Shown piece by piece: positions 1-12,220 of a stretch of 64,000 bases of DNA. Below the pieces are notes generated by a model, which saw nothing but the letters and a program-made list of their open reading frames with translations, had not been told where the DNA came from and made no database searches. The position numbers and the translations under genes are program-made. This DNA comes from Rhodocyclaceae bacterium (GTDB taxonomy: Bacteria; Pseudomonadota; Gammaproteobacteria; Burkholderiales; Rhodocyclaceae). Location: contig JAGRFQ010000028.1 of the NCBI GenBank assembly GCA_020445945.1, forward strand, positions 28,680-92,679. Reading direction: 5' to 3'. Each line of letters starts with the position of its first letter. Within the stretch, counting starts at the first letter, position 1.

Positions 1-1278
1 AATGTGAATCCGCCGCTCCACCTCGTCGAGCCGGTGGCGCGTGCGCCGCTCGACGGTGACGAAGCGGAAGTCCACCCACTCGCGCAGGATCTGCACCAGA
101 GGCTTCTGCTGCGGGCGGCCGTCGCGGCCGATCATGGTGAGGTTGAGCGAGGTGTTGGTTTCGAGGCTGGTGTGCGCCAGCAGAACGGCCATGAATTCCT
201 CGCGCGGCTGGCGGCTCGAACGCGGCTCCAGCACGATGCGCACCGCGGCCTGGTCGGAGGACTCGTCGCGCACCGTGTCGAGCACGCCGAGCACCAACTG
301 CTTGAGCTGCTTTTGCTCCTGCGAAACGTCTTTCTTGCCGGCGCGTGGCTGCGGATTGGTGACGGTTTCGATCTCCGCCAGCACCTGCGCGGTCGACACC
401 CCGTGCGGCAGCTCGTCGACGACCACCCGCCACTGCCCGCGCGCCAGCTCCTCGACGTGCCAGCGCGCGCGCACGCGCAGCGAGCCGCGGCCGCTGGCGT
501 AGGCCTCGCGGATCGTCGCCGCGGGCGAAATGAGCTGCCCGCCGCCGGGGAAGTCCGGCCCCGGCAGCACCGCCATCACCTCGTCCAGCGAGGCCGCCGG
601 CTGCTTGATGAGCAGGCACGCGGCCTCGGCCACCTCGCGCAGGTTGTGCGACGGAATCTCGGTCGCCATGCCCACCGCGATGCCCGAGGCGCCGTTCATC
701 AGCACCACCGGCAGGCGCGCCGGCAGCAGCGCGGGCTCGTCGAAGGCGCCGTCGTAGTTGGGGCGGAAGTCCACCGTGCCGCGGTCGATTTCGGCGAGCA
801 GCAGCTCCGCGATGGGCGTCAGCCGGCACTCGGTGTAACGCATCGCGGCGGCCGAATCGCCGTCGCGCGAGCCGAAGTTGCCCTGCCCGTCGACCAGCGG
901 ATAGCGCAGCGAAAAATCCTGCGCGGTGCGCACCATCGCGTCGTACACCGAGCTGTCGCCGTGGGGGTGATATTTGCCGATCACGTCGCCGACCACGCGC
1001 GCCGACTTCACGTGCTTGGCGTCGGCGCGCAGGCGCATCTCGTTCATCGCAAACAGAATCCGCCGCTGCACCGGCTTCATCCCGTCTTCCACCTGCGGCA
1101 GCGCGCGCGACTTGACCACGCTCATCGCGTAGGCCAGATAGGCGCGCTCGGCAAAGCGGTCGAGCGGCAGCGCGTCGCCATCCATCGGCGGCTCGTCGCC
1201 GCCCGCCGGCGGGGCGGGAGGCGGCGCCTCGGCGGGCGGGAGTTCGTCAGCGAAAAGGTCGAGAGAGTCAGTGCTCAT
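1..1278 (-). CDS. parC: DNA topoisomerase IV subunit A (5' part; runs off left edge)
   Basis: Manual minus-strand translation from ATG 1278 gives [15 protein letters not shown]...[33 protein letters not shown]...[27 protein letters not shown]...[20 protein letters not shown]. These are GyrA/ParC motifs with the catalytic Tyr; the gene lies downstream of parE. It is absent from the ORF track because there is no stop in the window. Confidence 0.95.
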   Translation of the reverse strand, partial: MSTDSLDLFADELPPAEAPPPAPPAGGDEPPMDGDALPLDRFAERAYLAYAMSVVKSRALPQVEDGMKPVQRRILFAMNEMRLRADAKHVKSARVVGDVIGKYHPHGDSSVYDAMVRTAQDFSLRYPLVDGQGNFGSRDGDSAAAMRYTECRLTPIAELLLAEIDRGTVDFRPNYDGAFDEPALLPARLPVVLMNGASGIAVGMATEIPSHNLREVAEAACLLIKQPAASLDEVMAVLPGPDFPGGGQLISPAATIREAYASGRGSLRVRARWHVEELARGQWRVVVDELPHGVSTAQVLAEIETVTNPQPRAGKKDVSQEQKQLKQLVLGVLDTVRDESSDQAAVRIVLEPRSSRQPREEFMAVLLAHTSLETNTSLNLTMIGRDGRPQQKPLVQILREWVDFRFVTVERRTRHRLDEVERRIHI

Positions 1279-1307
1279 GGCGTTTCGGTGCAATCGGAAT
1301 TCGAGGG

Positions 1308-1313
1308 ATTGTA
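1308..1313 (-). promoter_or_regulatory. putative sigma70 -10 element (TACAAT) for parC
   Basis: ATTGTA on + strand about 30 nt upstream of the parC ATG; no clear -35. Confidence 0.4.
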
Positions 1314-1323
1314 GCGGCGATGC

Positions 1324-1755
1324 TTAAAGATACGAGGCGCGCGGCTCGCTCACCCCGTGCTCGGCCCAGTTCTCGATCACCAGGGCGTCGACGCGTTCAA
1401 ACTCGCGCACGTTGTTGGTGACGAGCGTGCAACCCAGCGCGCGGGCGTGGGCGGCGATCTGCAGGTCATACGGGCCGATTGGCGTGCCGCGCTGTTCGAG
1501 CTGGTGGCGAATGCGTGCGTAGTGGCCGATGGCGGTGTGCTCGAAGGGCGCAATTTCCAGCGGCAGAAGAAAGGTCTCCAGCGCCTGGCGGTTGCGCTCG
1601 GAGCCACTCTTCTCGACACCGAAGGCCAGTTCCATCGCGGTGATTGCCGACACGCCGATGTCGCCCACCGGGTGGGCATCGAAGCGTGCGCGCACGTGCG
1701 GTGGGCGGTGGTTGATGAGGTAGATGCAGATGTTGGTGTCGAGCATGTACCTCAC
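1324..1755 (-). CDS. vapC: VapC PIN-domain ribonuclease toxin
   Basis: [12 protein letters not shown]...ELAFG...[13 protein letters not shown]...[17 protein letters not shown], the classical PIN motifs; overlaps the vapB stop by 4 nt. Confidence 0.95.
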   Translation of the reverse strand: MRYMLDTNICIYLINHRPPHVRARFDAHPVGDIGVSAITAMELAFGVEKSGSERNRQALETFLLPLEIAPFEHTAIGHYARIRHQLEQRGTPIGPYDLQIAAHARALGCTLVTNNVREFERVDALVIENWAEHGVSEPRASYL

Positions 1756-1982
1756 GGACGCAGCGCCTCGCGGGTCTGCATGGCGGGCTGGTCGCGCTCG
1801 ATGACGAAGCCCGGCTCGAAGGCGTCGAGCGCCGTAAACAGCGTGTTCCAGCCGTGTCGTGGGAGCAGCACCACCGCGTCACCCACGCGCTTGATGAAGA
1901 CCTCGTCGCCGTCGAAGCGGAATTCCTTCGGCAGCCGGACCGCCTGGCTGCGGCCGTTGATGAAGAGTTTTGCAGTGTCCAT
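1752..1982 (-). CDS. vapB: VapB/VagC AbrB-type antitoxin
   Basis: [34 protein letters not shown] signature. Confidence 0.95.
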   Translation of the reverse strand: MDTAKLFINGRSQAVRLPKEFRFDGDEVFIKRVGDAVVLLPRHGWNTLFTALDAFEPGFVIERDQPAMQTREALRP

Positions 1983-1998
1983 GGCGGGTCTCGATTGT

Positions 1999-2035
1999 GG
2001 AATATATCAAAAGTATATACCTCGCTGCTAGGGCG

Positions 2036-2039
<4 letters not shown>
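1999..2039 (-). promoter_or_regulatory. vapBC sigma70 promoter with overlapping operator palindrome
   Basis: Minus strand TTGACG (2039-2034)-N16-TATACT (2017-2012); imperfect inverted repeat GG-a-ATATA-tcaaaag-TATAT-a-CC (1999-2021) over the -10. Confidence 0.65.
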
Positions 2040-4012
<1,973 letters not shown>

Positions 4013-4103
4013 GCTGCCTTTCACTGGATCGATGCGGCATCGCTGCCGGCGGGGAGTGCCGGGCGAAAGGATAGCGGCTTTGGCGGAATCTGTGTTCGGC
4101 GCG

Positions 4104-4580
4104 TCAGGCGCTGCCGAGGCGGCGGCCGCTGCCGGTGGGGCGGGATTGACCGTCGGCGCCGTAGAGCTGGGGCTGGTCGGCGGCGCTGAGCAGGGTGGTG
4201 AGCGCGGCCTGGTTGTGTTGCATGCGCTCGGTGATGAGCACGCCGTTGCGGGCATTGCGGGCCTGCGCCTCGCGCGCCAGTTCGAGCACCGTGTCCCAGT
4301 GGGCGGTGGCGTTGGCGGCGTTGCTGCACAGGCTGCGGATGGTTTCGTCGGAGGGTTTGAGGCCGAGCTGGGCGAGCAGGTGGCTGCGGTCGTCGTTGAT
4401 GCGCTGGAGCTTGCGGTAGCGCGCGGTTTTTTCTTCCGCCAGCGCCACCAGGGCGTCGGTCTGGCCTTCGAGCAGCAGGGCCTCTTCGCGCGCGAGCACA
4501 TCGACGAAGCCACGCAGTTGCGCGGCTTCGTCGGCGAGCAGGGTCAGGAGCCGGATCTTGGCAGGCTGCTGGGTGCTCAC
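4104..4580 (-). CDS. flgN: flagellar export chaperone FlgN
   Basis: Helical protein with 'RNARNG.LI' motif and C-terminal 'LY..DG', directly downstream of flgM. Confidence 0.85.
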   Translation of the reverse strand: MSTQQPAKIRLLTLLADEAAQLRGFVDVLAREEALLLEGQTDALVALAEEKTARYRKLQRINDDRSHLLAQLGLKPSDETIRSLCSNAANATAHWDTVLELAREAQARNARNGVLITERMQHNQAALTTLLSAADQPQLYGADGQSRPTGSGRRLGSA

Positions 4581-4873
4581 GTGCGTTGCGGTTGCGCCGC
4601 CAGCATCTGGCGAACGCTGTCGATGAGGCCGTCGGCGACTTTGCTCGAATCGACCTGGAAGCGGCCGTCGCTGATGGCTTGCTTGATTTCGTCGACGCGT
4701 GCCTGGTCAACCACCGGGGTATTGGCAATGGCTTGTTCTGCCTTCTGCATGCCCGATGAGAGCTGCACCTGGTCGCCCGCGGGGGCGGCCGGGTTGACCG
4801 AGCTCGCGGCCTTAGGTCGTTGTTCGTTGGCCGGTGGGGTGTTCACCGGCTTGACTGAGTTGTCGATTTTCAC
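4577..4873 (-). CDS. flgM: anti-sigma28 factor FlgM
   Basis: GTG start after AGAGGA RBS; MKIDNS...DQVQLS...VDQARVDEIKQAISDGRFQVDSSKVADGLI. Confidence 0.93.
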   Translation of the reverse strand: MKIDNSVKPVNTPPANEQRPKAASSVNPAAPAGDQVQLSSGMQKAEQAIANTPVVDQARVDEIKQAISDGRFQVDSSKVADGLIDSVRQMLAAQPQRT

Positions 4874-4909
4874 GGCATGGTCCTCTTTTTTTATATGACT
4901 ACAGAGGCT

Positions 4910-4936
4910 GTTACGGCGACGCAGCATCGAACTTTA
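4910..4936 (-). promoter_or_regulatory. sigma28 (FliA) promoter of flgMN
   Basis: Minus strand TAAA-gttcgatgctgcgtc (N15)-GCCGTAAC. Confidence 0.8.
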
Positions 4937-4996
4937 GCGGTGCCGCGACCTTTTGAGTGTAACGCCGTTTGATATTTCCTCAAGTCGTGAAACCGC

Positions 4997-5683
4997 TCAC
5001 GGTTCGATCCGCACCTCGCCGTTTTCGCTGGCCTCGCCCGACACCACCCGGCCGGATGCGAGGCGCACGCGCACCGTGTCGCCCAGCCGCGCGTTGCCTA
5101 GCGCGACCCCCTCGTTAGCGACCTGAAAACCGGTGCCCTGAACAATGACTTTGACCGGTCGGCCCGACTGGATGACGATCGGCTGGGCGACCATGGTGGC
5201 GCGCAGCGCCTGGCCGCGGGCGACGGCGAAGCGCATCTGGTGACCGATGGCCTGCGCCGGATCGGTGAGCAGGTGGCGGCCCATGGTAGTGAGGTCGCCG
5301 CGACGTTGGTCGAGGTCGGCCGCGGCGAGGATCTCGCCGGGGCGTAGCGCGCGTGCGCTGACCAGATAGTCGCCCACGACCTTGACCTCGGCCTGCACGT
5401 ACAAAGCCCAGTTGGCCTGGTCGACACAGCGTACGCCGACCCGCACCCGTCCCCACGCGCGGGCACCGGTGGGCAGCCACGGTTCGAGTTGATTGCACGG
5501 CGCAAGATGGCGCGGCAGCGTCGGCGGCGGCACGTCGATGCTGACCTCGCCGGGCTGGCCGGCGGTCTGCCCGCGCAGGAATTCGCGCACCACGGCGCGC
5601 ACGGTGTCGGCGCTCTGGGCGGCGGCGGCGAGCGGCAGCAGCGCCGTTGCGAACAGGATCAGGCGGGCGGCAATTTGTCTCAT
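4997..5683 (-). CDS. flgA: flagellar P-ring formation chaperone FlgA
   Basis: Signal peptide, Cys pair, SAF domain, 'GF.V..EG.AL.N...GD.VRVR..SGRVV'; divergent from flgB. Confidence 0.92.
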   Translation of the reverse strand: MRQIAARLILFATALLPLAAAAQSADTVRAVVREFLRGQTAGQPGEVSIDVPPPTLPRHLAPCNQLEPWLPTGARAWGRVRVGVRCVDQANWALYVQAEVKVVGDYLVSARALRPGEILAAADLDQRRGDLTTMGRHLLTDPAQAIGHQMRFAVARGQALRATMVAQPIVIQSGRPVKVIVQGTGFQVANEGVALGNARLGDTVRVRLASGRVVSGEASENGEVRIEP

Positions 5684-5757
5684 GGCGCTATTGCATCACG
5701 CGTGCGCGGTGCCGGCAACGGCGAACAGAGCCGGCTTTGAGCGCTTGTTCGGGCGAT

Positions 5758-5803
5758 CGGCAAAGCTTGCCGGTCGGGGGCGGCAAGCTTTGCGGGTTTG
5801 CCG
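5758..5803. promoter_or_regulatory. palindromic enhancer-like CGGCAA/TTGCCG array between flgA and flgB
   Basis: CGGCAA-AGC-TTGCCG (5758-5772), CGGCAA-GCT-TTGCGG (5781-5795), TTGCCG (5798-5803); includes a perfect 13-bp inverted repeat 5760-5772/5781-5793. Confidence 0.6.
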
Positions 5804-5880
5804 CCCCGCGGGGGGTGAAATGCTCGTGTTTTGGCGGCCTTTTCGGGCGATGGCGGGTGGTTTCGGCTGCGTAGGATGGC

Positions 5881-5896
5881 TGGCATGAAAGGTGCA
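5881..5896 (+). promoter_or_regulatory. sigma54 (RpoN) -24/-12 promoter of flgB operon
   Basis: TGGCATGAAAGGTGCA = TGGCA..GG-N10-GC..TGCA, about 60 nt upstream of flgB. Confidence 0.65.
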
Positions 5897-5954
5897 ATGG
5901 GTGAGGTGCCCGCGGCGCCAGTGGCTCCCGGCAGACGAACACAAGCGAGGTGAC

Positions 5955-6362
5955 ATGATGACCAACCGGCTCGACAAGGAACTGCAATTTCACCAGAGCG
6001 CCCTCAACCTGCGGGCGTATCGGCAGCAGTTGCTGTCATCGAACATCGCCAACGCCGACACGCCTAATTACAAGGCGCGCGACATCGATTTCACCAAGGC
6101 GCTGGGCAGCGCGCTGGATGCGCGGCTGGGGCCGCTGGCGCTGGCCACGACCTCGAACCGTCATCTGTCGCCGGCCGCTGCGCACCCCGCCGAGGCACTG
6201 GCGCAGTATCGCAACGATCAGCAGGCGAGCGTGGATGGCAACACCGTGAATATGGACGTGGAGCGCGCCGCCTTTGCGGAGAACGCGCTGCACTACGAGG
6301 CGAGCATCACCTTCATCAACGGTCTGCTGCGCTCGATGCAGAGCGCCGTCCAGAGCCAGTAA
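5955..6362 (+). CDS. flgB: flagellar basal-body rod protein FlgB
   Basis: RQQLLSSNIANADTPNYKARDIDF, DGNTVNMDVE; GAGG RBS. Confidence 0.96.
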   Translation: MMTNRLDKELQFHQSALNLRAYRQQLLSSNIANADTPNYKARDIDFTKALGSALDARLGPLALATTSNRHLSPAAAHPAEALAQYRNDQQASVDGNTVNMDVERAAFAENALHYEASITFINGLLRSMQSAVQSQ

Positions 6363-6376
6363 GGGGGTAGCGCGCG

Positions 6377-6781
6377 ATGAGCATGCTCAACGTTTTCAAG
6401 ATTGCCGGCTCGGCGCTCAATGCGCAGTCGGTGCGGATGAACACCACCGCCTCGAACATGGCCAACGTCGATAGCGTGGTCGGCCCCGACGGCCAGCCCT
6501 ACAAGGCCAAGCAGGTGGTGTTTTCAGCCAGGCCGATCGACGGCGCGCAGTCGGTTGGCGTGAAGGTCGAGCAGGTGGTCAATAGCGCGGCGCCGGGGCG
6601 CATGGTGTATGACCCGGCCAGCCCGGCGGCCAACGCCGAGGGCTATGTCGAGATGTCCAACGTGAACGTGGTGGAGGAGATGGTGAACATGATCTCCGCC
6701 TCGCGTTCCTACCAGGCCAACGCGGAAGTGATGAACACCGCGCGAACGCTGCTCCAGCGCACGCTGAGCATCGGTCAGTAA
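6377..6781 (+). CDS. flgC: flagellar basal-body rod protein FlgC
   Basis: [14 protein letters not shown]...PYKAKQVVF...[21 protein letters not shown]. Confidence 0.96.
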   Translation: MSMLNVFKIAGSALNAQSVRMNTTASNMANVDSVVGPDGQPYKAKQVVFSARPIDGAQSVGVKVEQVVNSAAPGRMVYDPASPAANAEGYVEMSNVNVVEEMVNMISASRSYQANAEVMNTARTLLQRTLSIGQ

Positions 6782-6801
6782 GACTGTCAGGAGAGAACAC
6801 C

Positions 6802-7470
6802 ATGGCCACTGTCGCCGCCACCGGAAGCGCCCAGCAGATTCTCAACAGTCTGGGTCGGACCGATACCGCCAGCGAGGTGGAGGACAACGGGCAGAGCCGT
6901 TTTCTGACTCTGCTCACCACCCAGCTCAAGAATCAGGACCCGCTCAACCCGCTCGACAATGCGGAGGTGACCTCGCAGCTGGCGCAGATCAGCACCGTCG
7001 ACGGCATCGAGCGCCTGAACACGATGCTCGGCCAGATCATGCAGGGCCAGCAGTCGAGCGAGGCGTTGCAGGCGGCGCAACTGGTCGGACGCGGGGTGCT
7101 GGTGCCGGGCAACGGGCTGGTGCTCACCGAGCAGGGGGCGCTGGGCGGCTTTACGCTGGATGCGGGTGCCGAGGACGTGACGGTGAGCATCACCGACGCC
7201 AACGGGCTGGAGATCGCGAACGTGAATCTCGGGGCCCACGAACTGGGCACCCACAGCTTCCAGTGGGATGGCACGGCGATCGATGGCTCGCAGGCGGTGG
7301 CTGGCGAATATCTGGTGAAAGTCACCGCCAGCAGCGGCGAAGACAACATCGGCGTGAAGGCGCTTGAACTCGGGCAGGTGTCGAGCGTGATCCGCGGGCC
7401 GACGAGCGTCGACCTGCAAGTGGGCCCGCTGGGCATTTTCCAGCTTTCTGAAATTCAGCAGATTCTCTGA
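6802..7470 (+). CDS. flgD: flagellar hook capping protein FlgD
   Basis: FLTLLTTQLKNQDPLNPLDNAEVTSQLAQISTV. Confidence 0.96.
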   Translation: MATVAATGSAQQILNSLGRTDTASEVEDNGQSRFLTLLTTQLKNQDPLNPLDNAEVTSQLAQISTVDGIERLNTMLGQIMQGQQSSEALQAAQLVGRGVLVPGNGLVLTEQGALGGFTLDAGAEDVTVSITDANGLEIANVNLGAHELGTHSFQWDGTAIDGSQAVAGEYLVKVTASSGEDNIGVKALELGQVSSVIRGPTSVDLQVGPLGIFQLSEIQQIL

Positions 7471-7484
7471 CCGGGAGCGAAGAC

Positions 7485-8711
7485 ATGGCTTTCCAACAAG
7501 GTTTGAGCGGACTTAACGCCGCCTCCAAGTCGCTTGACGTAATCAGCAACAACGTCGCCAACTCCGGCAACGTGGGCTTCAAGTCAGGCACGACGCTGTT
7601 CAACGACGTCTATGCCGCGGCGCTCAATGGCGCTGCCTCCGGGGTGCAGGTCGGCATCGGCACCGCGGTCGGTGCGGTGGCGCAGCAGTTCAGCCAGGGC
7701 AATATCACCCCCACCAACAATCCGCTCGACATCGCCATCAACGGCAACGGCTTCTTCCGCGTGAGCGGGCAGGGCACGATCGCCTACACCCGCAACGGCC
7801 AGTTCGATGTCGACAAGGACGGCTTCGTCACCAGCGCCAGCGGCTACCGGCTGACCGGATATCCGGCCGATGCGTCGGGCAACATCCTGCCGGCCTCGCC
7901 GATCGAGCTGCAGATCAACACCTCCGACCTGCAGCCGCAGCCGTCGGCGACGGTCGAGGTCGGGCTGAATCTGGATTCGCGCGAGACCGCGCCGGCCACC
8001 AGCCCGTTCAGCGCCACCGACCCGACCTCGTACAACGCCTCGACCTCGGTCACGCTGTACGACTCGCTGGGCAACTCGCACATCCTGACCACCTACTTCG
8101 TCAAGACCGCGACCGGCGGCCAGTGGAACCTGCACACCCAGCTCGACGGTGCCGCGGCGGTGGCTTCGTCTTCCAACCCGATCACCTTCAACGGTGCCGG
8201 CGCACTGACCGCCAACGCGACACACAGCCTGTCGCTGACCATTCCGGCGTCTTACGGCGCCAACTCGCCGCAGGCGGTGACGCTCGACTTCACCGGCAGC
8301 ACGCAGTTCGGCAGCGCCTTCGGGGTCAACCGCCAGTCGCAGGACGGCTATGCCTCGGGGCGGCTGACGGGGGTCACGATCAGCTCGACGGGGATCTTGC
8401 AGGGCCGTTACTCCAACGGCCAGTCGCGCGATCTCGGGCAGGTCGTGCTGGCCAACTTTGCCAGCCCCAACGGGCTGCTCTCGCTGGGCAACAACCTGTG
8501 GGGCGAGGCGCCCGATTCCGGCCAGCCGCTGGTCGGAGCGCCGGGGTCGAGCAGTCTCGGCCTGCTCTCGGCCGGTGCGGTGGAGGAGTCGAACGTCGAC
8601 CTCACCGCCGAGCTGGTGAACATGATTACCCAGCAGCGCGCCTACCAGGCCAACGCGCAGTCGATCCGCACCCAGGACCAGATTCTGCAAACCCTGGTCA
8701 ACCTGCGCTGA
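7485..8711 (+). CDS. flgE: flagellar hook protein FlgE
   Basis: GLSGLNAA..LDVISNNVANS..GFK, YTRNGQF, ESNVDLTAELVNMI.QRAYQAN. Confidence 0.96.
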   Translation: MAFQQGLSGLNAASKSLDVISNNVANSGNVGFKSGTTLFNDVYAAALNGAASGVQVGIGTAVGAVAQQFSQGNITPTNNPLDIAINGNGFFRVSGQGTIAYTRNGQFDVDKDGFVTSASGYRLTGYPADASGNILPASPIELQINTSDLQPQPSATVEVGLNLDSRETAPATSPFSATDPTSYNASTSVTLYDSLGNSHILTTYFVKTATGGQWNLHTQLDGAAAVASSSNPITFNGAGALTANATHSLSLTIPASYGANSPQAVTLDFTGSTQFGSAFGVNRQSQDGYASGRLTGVTISSTGILQGRYSNGQSRDLGQVVLANFASPNGLLSLGNNLWGEAPDSGQPLVGAPGSSSLGLLSAGAVEESNVDLTAELVNMITQQRAYQANAQSIRTQDQILQTLVNLR

Positions 8712-8733
8712 TCCGGATAAGGGGTGAGTCGCC

Positions 8734-9474
8734 ATGGACAAGCTGATCTACACCGCAATGACCGGCGCCAAGAGCACGCTCGGCCAGCAGGCCGCGGCGT
8801 CGCACAATCTGGCCAACGTCACCTCCACCGGTTTTCGCGCCGAGTTGCACAAGCTGCGCGCGGTGGAAGTGCAGAACGCGCCGCTGCCCAGCCGCGCCTT
8901 CGTGGTCGATGCCAGCATCGGCACCGACTACACTGCCGGCCCGCTGCAATTTACCGGCCGCACCTTCGATGTCGCGGTCGAGGGCAAGGGCTGGATGGCG
9001 GTGCAGGGCGCCGATGGCGGCGAGGCCTACACCCGCGACGGCAGCTTTGCGCTGTCGCCCGAAGGCGTGCTGCAGACCCGCGACGGGCGGCCGGTGATCG
9101 GCGACGGCGGCCCGATCACCATCCCGCCGGACAACGACGTGGTGATCGGCAAGGACGGTTCGATTTCCGCCATTCCGAGCACCGGCGACAAGAACGCGGT
9201 CAACGTGGTCGGCCGGCTCAAGCTGGTCAACCCGCCCGAAGCCGGGCTGGTGCGCGGCGACGATGGCCTGTTCCGTCTCGCTGGCGGCGCACCGGCGCCG
9301 GCCGATGAGGCCGTGCAGGTGGCCGGCGGCTATCTGGAAGGCAGCAACGTGAATGTGGTCGAGCAGATGGTGACCATGATCTCGCTGGCGCGCCAGTTCG
9401 AGATGCACACCCAGGTGCTGCGCAAGGCCGAGGCCAACGATCAGGCCGCGACCAAGCTGCTGAGCACCGGTTGA
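8734..9474 (+). CDS. flgF: flagellar basal-body rod protein FlgF
   Basis: MDKLIYTAMTGAK...NLANVTSTGFRA; LEGSNVN.VE.MV.MI..ARQFEM. Confidence 0.96.
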   Translation: MDKLIYTAMTGAKSTLGQQAAASHNLANVTSTGFRAELHKLRAVEVQNAPLPSRAFVVDASIGTDYTAGPLQFTGRTFDVAVEGKGWMAVQGADGGEAYTRDGSFALSPEGVLQTRDGRPVIGDGGPITIPPDNDVVIGKDGSISAIPSTGDKNAVNVVGRLKLVNPPEAGLVRGDDGLFRLAGGAPAPADEAVQVAGGYLEGSNVNVVEQMVTMISLARQFEMHTQVLRKAEANDQAATKLLSTG

Positions 9475-9488
9475 GGCGTGAAAGTGGC

Positions 9489-9524
9489 GGCGTTTTCGGC
9501 GCCTTCTCGGCCGACGAAAACGCC
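9489..9524 (+). other. intergenic stem-loop between flgF and flgG
   Basis: GGCGTTTTCG (9489-9498) / CGAAAACGCC (9515-9524) perfect 10-bp arms; no U-tract after it. Confidence 0.55.
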
Positions 9525-9598
9525 TCGCGTCACGCTAGATTAGACACATTGGCGGCCCGCGCCGCGAACACAGCGCCCCGCGCGCGAAGGAGTCCGAC

Positions 9599-10381
9599 AT
9601 GATCCGCTCACTGTGGATTGCCCGCACCGGCCTGGAGGCCCAGCAAACCCAGCTCGACGTGATCTCCAACAACCTGGCCAACGTGTCGACCAGCGGTTTC
9701 AAGCGCTCGCGCGCGGTGTTCGAGGATCTGCTCTACCAGACCCTGCGCCAGCCCGGCGCGCAGTCGACGCAGCAGACCCAGATCTCCAGCGGTCTGCAGA
9801 TCGGCACCGGCGTGCGCCCGGTGGCGACCGAGCGGATTCACACCCAGGGCAACCTGCAGCAGACCGGCAACGGGCTGGACGTGGCGATTCAGGGCAGCGG
9901 ATTCTTCCAGGTGTCGCTGCCCGATGGCACCACCGCCTACACCCGCGACGGCGCCTTCCAGCTCGACAGCCAGGGCCAGATCGTCACCGCCAGCGGTTAT
10001 CCGCTGTCGCCGGCGATCATCGTTCCGGCCGACACCCAGACGCTGACCATCGGCAAGGACGGCACGGTCAGCGCGCAGCAATCCGGGCAGACCTCGCCGA
10101 CCCAGATCGGCACCATCCAGATCGCCACCTTCGTCAATCCGGGCGGCCTGCAAAGCGCGGGCGAAAACCAGTTTCTCGAAACCGCCTCCAGCGGCACGCC
10201 GACCCCCAACACGCCGGGGAGCAACGGCGCCGGGGTGCTCAACCAGAACTATGTCGAGACCTCGAACGTGAATGTGGCCGAAGAGCTGGTGCAGATGATT
10301 ACCACCCAGCGCGCCTACGAGCTCAACTCGCGCGCCATCCAGACCTCCGACCAGATGCTCGGCCGGCTGACCCAGCTGTAA
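9599..10381 (+). CDS. flgG: flagellar distal rod protein FlgG
   Basis: [47 protein letters not shown]. Confidence 0.97.
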   Translation: MIRSLWIARTGLEAQQTQLDVISNNLANVSTSGFKRSRAVFEDLLYQTLRQPGAQSTQQTQISSGLQIGTGVRPVATERIHTQGNLQQTGNGLDVAIQGSGFFQVSLPDGTTAYTRDGAFQLDSQGQIVTASGYPLSPAIIVPADTQTLTIGKDGTVSAQQSGQTSPTQIGTIQIATFVNPGGLQSAGENQFLETASSGTPTPNTPGSNGAGVLNQNYVETSNVNVAEELVQMITTQRAYELNSRAIQTSDQMLGRLTQL

Positions 10382-10402
10382 GCGAGTGAGCGGAGAGCCC
10401 CG

Positions 10403-11071
10403 ATGCGTGCCCTGATCTGTGCATTGCTGCTCGCCGTGCTGAGCGGTTGCGCGGCGCTGGATCGCACACCCCCGACGGCAGTGCACCAGCCCATGTCGGC
10501 GCGGCCGCAGGTGGCGATGCAGATGGTGCCGGCCAATGGCGCGATCTATCAGCCGACCCACACCCGACCACTGTTCGAGGACCGCCGCGCGCGCCTCGTC
10601 GGCGACACGCTGACCATCAACCTGGTCGAACGCAACACCGCGCAGAAGGCCTCCAACGCCAGCGCCAGCCGCGAATCGTCGATGTCCGGCGGTATCACCT
10701 CGATCAACAAGCTGCCGCTCAAGGGGCTCGCCGGGCTGGGGGTCGAGGCGGGGGCCGACAGCGATTTCTCCGGCGAGGGGGCCGCCGCGGCCAACAACCT
10801 GTTTACCGGCACCATCACCGTGACCGTGATCGAGGTCTATCCCAACGGCAACCTGCTGGTCTCCGGCGAAAAGCAGGTGGCGATCAACCAGGGCAACGAA
10901 TTCATCCGCTTCTCCGGGGTGGTGAACCCGGCCACGGTGACCACCAGCAACACCGTGCAATCCACTCAGGTGGCCGATGCGCGCATCGAATACAAGGGCA
11001 GCGGCTACATCAACGACAATCAGGTCATGGGCTGGCTGCAGCGCTTCTTTGTCGCGCTGCTGCCGTTCTGA
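10403..11071 (+). CDS. flgH: flagellar L-ring lipoprotein FlgH
   Basis: Lipobox LSGC; [31 protein letters not shown]. Confidence 0.96.
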   Translation: MRALICALLLAVLSGCAALDRTPPTAVHQPMSARPQVAMQMVPANGAIYQPTHTRPLFEDRRARLVGDTLTINLVERNTAQKASNASASRESSMSGGITSINKLPLKGLAGLGVEAGADSDFSGEGAAAANNLFTGTITVTVIEVYPNGNLLVSGEKQVAINQGNEFIRFSGVVNPATVTTSNTVQSTQVADARIEYKGSGYINDNQVMGWLQRFFVALLPF

Positions 11072-11089
11072 GGCCTGCGGAGCACGCAC

Positions 11090-12208
11090 ATGAACCGGCA
11101 CATCGATCGTTTGCGTCGCGTGGTGCTTGGCGCCGTGCTCGGCATCGCGCTGCTGGGCAGCGCGCAGGCCGAGCGGATCAAGGATCTGGCCACCATCGCC
11201 GGCGTGCGCAGCAACCAGCTGGTCGGTTACGGCATCGTCGTCGGTCTGGACGGCAGCGGCGACCAGACCACCCAGACCCCGTTCACCGTGCAGAGCATCA
11301 TCAACATGCTCGGCAACATGGGCGTGCAGATGCCCACCGGCACCAACCTGCAGCTCAAGAACGTGGCCGCGGTGATGGTCACCGCCGACCTGCCGCCTTT
11401 CGCGCGGCCGGGCCAGAACATCGACATCACCGTCTCGTCCATCGGCAACGCCAAGAGCCTGCGCGGCGGCACGCTGGTGATGACCCCGCTCAAGGGGGCG
11501 GACAACCAGGTGTACGCCATTGCCCAGGGCAACGTGATCGTCGGCGGCGCGGGCGCGCAGGGGGCCGGCGCATCGGTGGTGGTCAATCACCTGTCGGCCG
11601 GGCGGATTCCGGCCGGAGCGACGGTCGAGCGCGCGGTGCCGACGGCGCTCGGGCAGGGCGACGTGATCCTGCTCGAACTCGAACGGATGGACTTCGGCAC
11701 CGCCAACCGGATGGTCGAGGCGATCAACGCCGCCACCATGCCGGGGCAGGCGCAGGCCCTGGACGGGCGCACGGTGCAGGTCCGCGCGCCGGCCGATCCG
11801 TCGCTGCGGGTGGCCTTCCTCGGGCGCCTCGAAAATCTGCAGGTCACGCCCGAGCAGGGCGCGGCGACGGTGATCATCAACTCGCGCACCGGCTCGGTGG
11901 TGATGAATCAGGCGGTCACCCTGCAGCAATGCGCGGTGGCCCACGGCAATCTCACCGTGTCGGTCAATACCGAACCGGTGGTCAGCCAGCCCAACCCGCT
12001 GGCCGGCGGGCGCACGGTGGTGGCCGAGCGCGGCGAAGCCAGCGTCGACCAGGCCGGCGGGGTGCTGATGCAGGTGCGCGGCGGCGCCAATCTGGCCGAT
12101 GTGGTCAAGGCGCTCAACACGCTCGGTGCCAACCCGATGGACCTGATCAGCATTCTGCAGGCGATGAAAGCCGCCGGCGCGCTGCGCGCCGATCTGCAGG
12201 TGATCTGA
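11090..12208 (+). CDS. flgI: flagellar P-ring protein FlgI
   Basis: ERIKDL...[45 protein letters not shown]. Confidence 0.97.
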   Translation: MNRHIDRLRRVVLGAVLGIALLGSAQAERIKDLATIAGVRSNQLVGYGIVVGLDGSGDQTTQTPFTVQSIINMLGNMGVQMPTGTNLQLKNVAAVMVTADLPPFARPGQNIDITVSSIGNAKSLRGGTLVMTPLKGADNQVYAIAQGNVIVGGAGAQGAGASVVVNHLSAGRIPAGATVERAVPTALGQGDVILLELERMDFGTANRMVEAINAATMPGQAQALDGRTVQVRAPADPSLRVAFLGRLENLQVTPEQGAATVIINSRTGSVVMNQAVTLQQCAVAHGNLTVSVNTEPVVSQPNPLAGGRTVVAERGEASVDQAGGVLMQVRGGANLADVVKALNTLGANPMDLISILQAMKAAGALRADLQVI

Positions 12209-12220
12209 GGCCGCACGGCG

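Noticed and set aside
4013-4513. 167-aa N-terminal extension of ParE in the ORF track
   Set aside because: Overlaps flgN in another frame; ParE similarity begins at MASTTYDESS (4012).
5692-5707. sigma54-like site for flgA on the minus strand (GCGCACGCGTGATGCA)
   Set aside because: The invariant -24 GG reads CG; not enough support to call.
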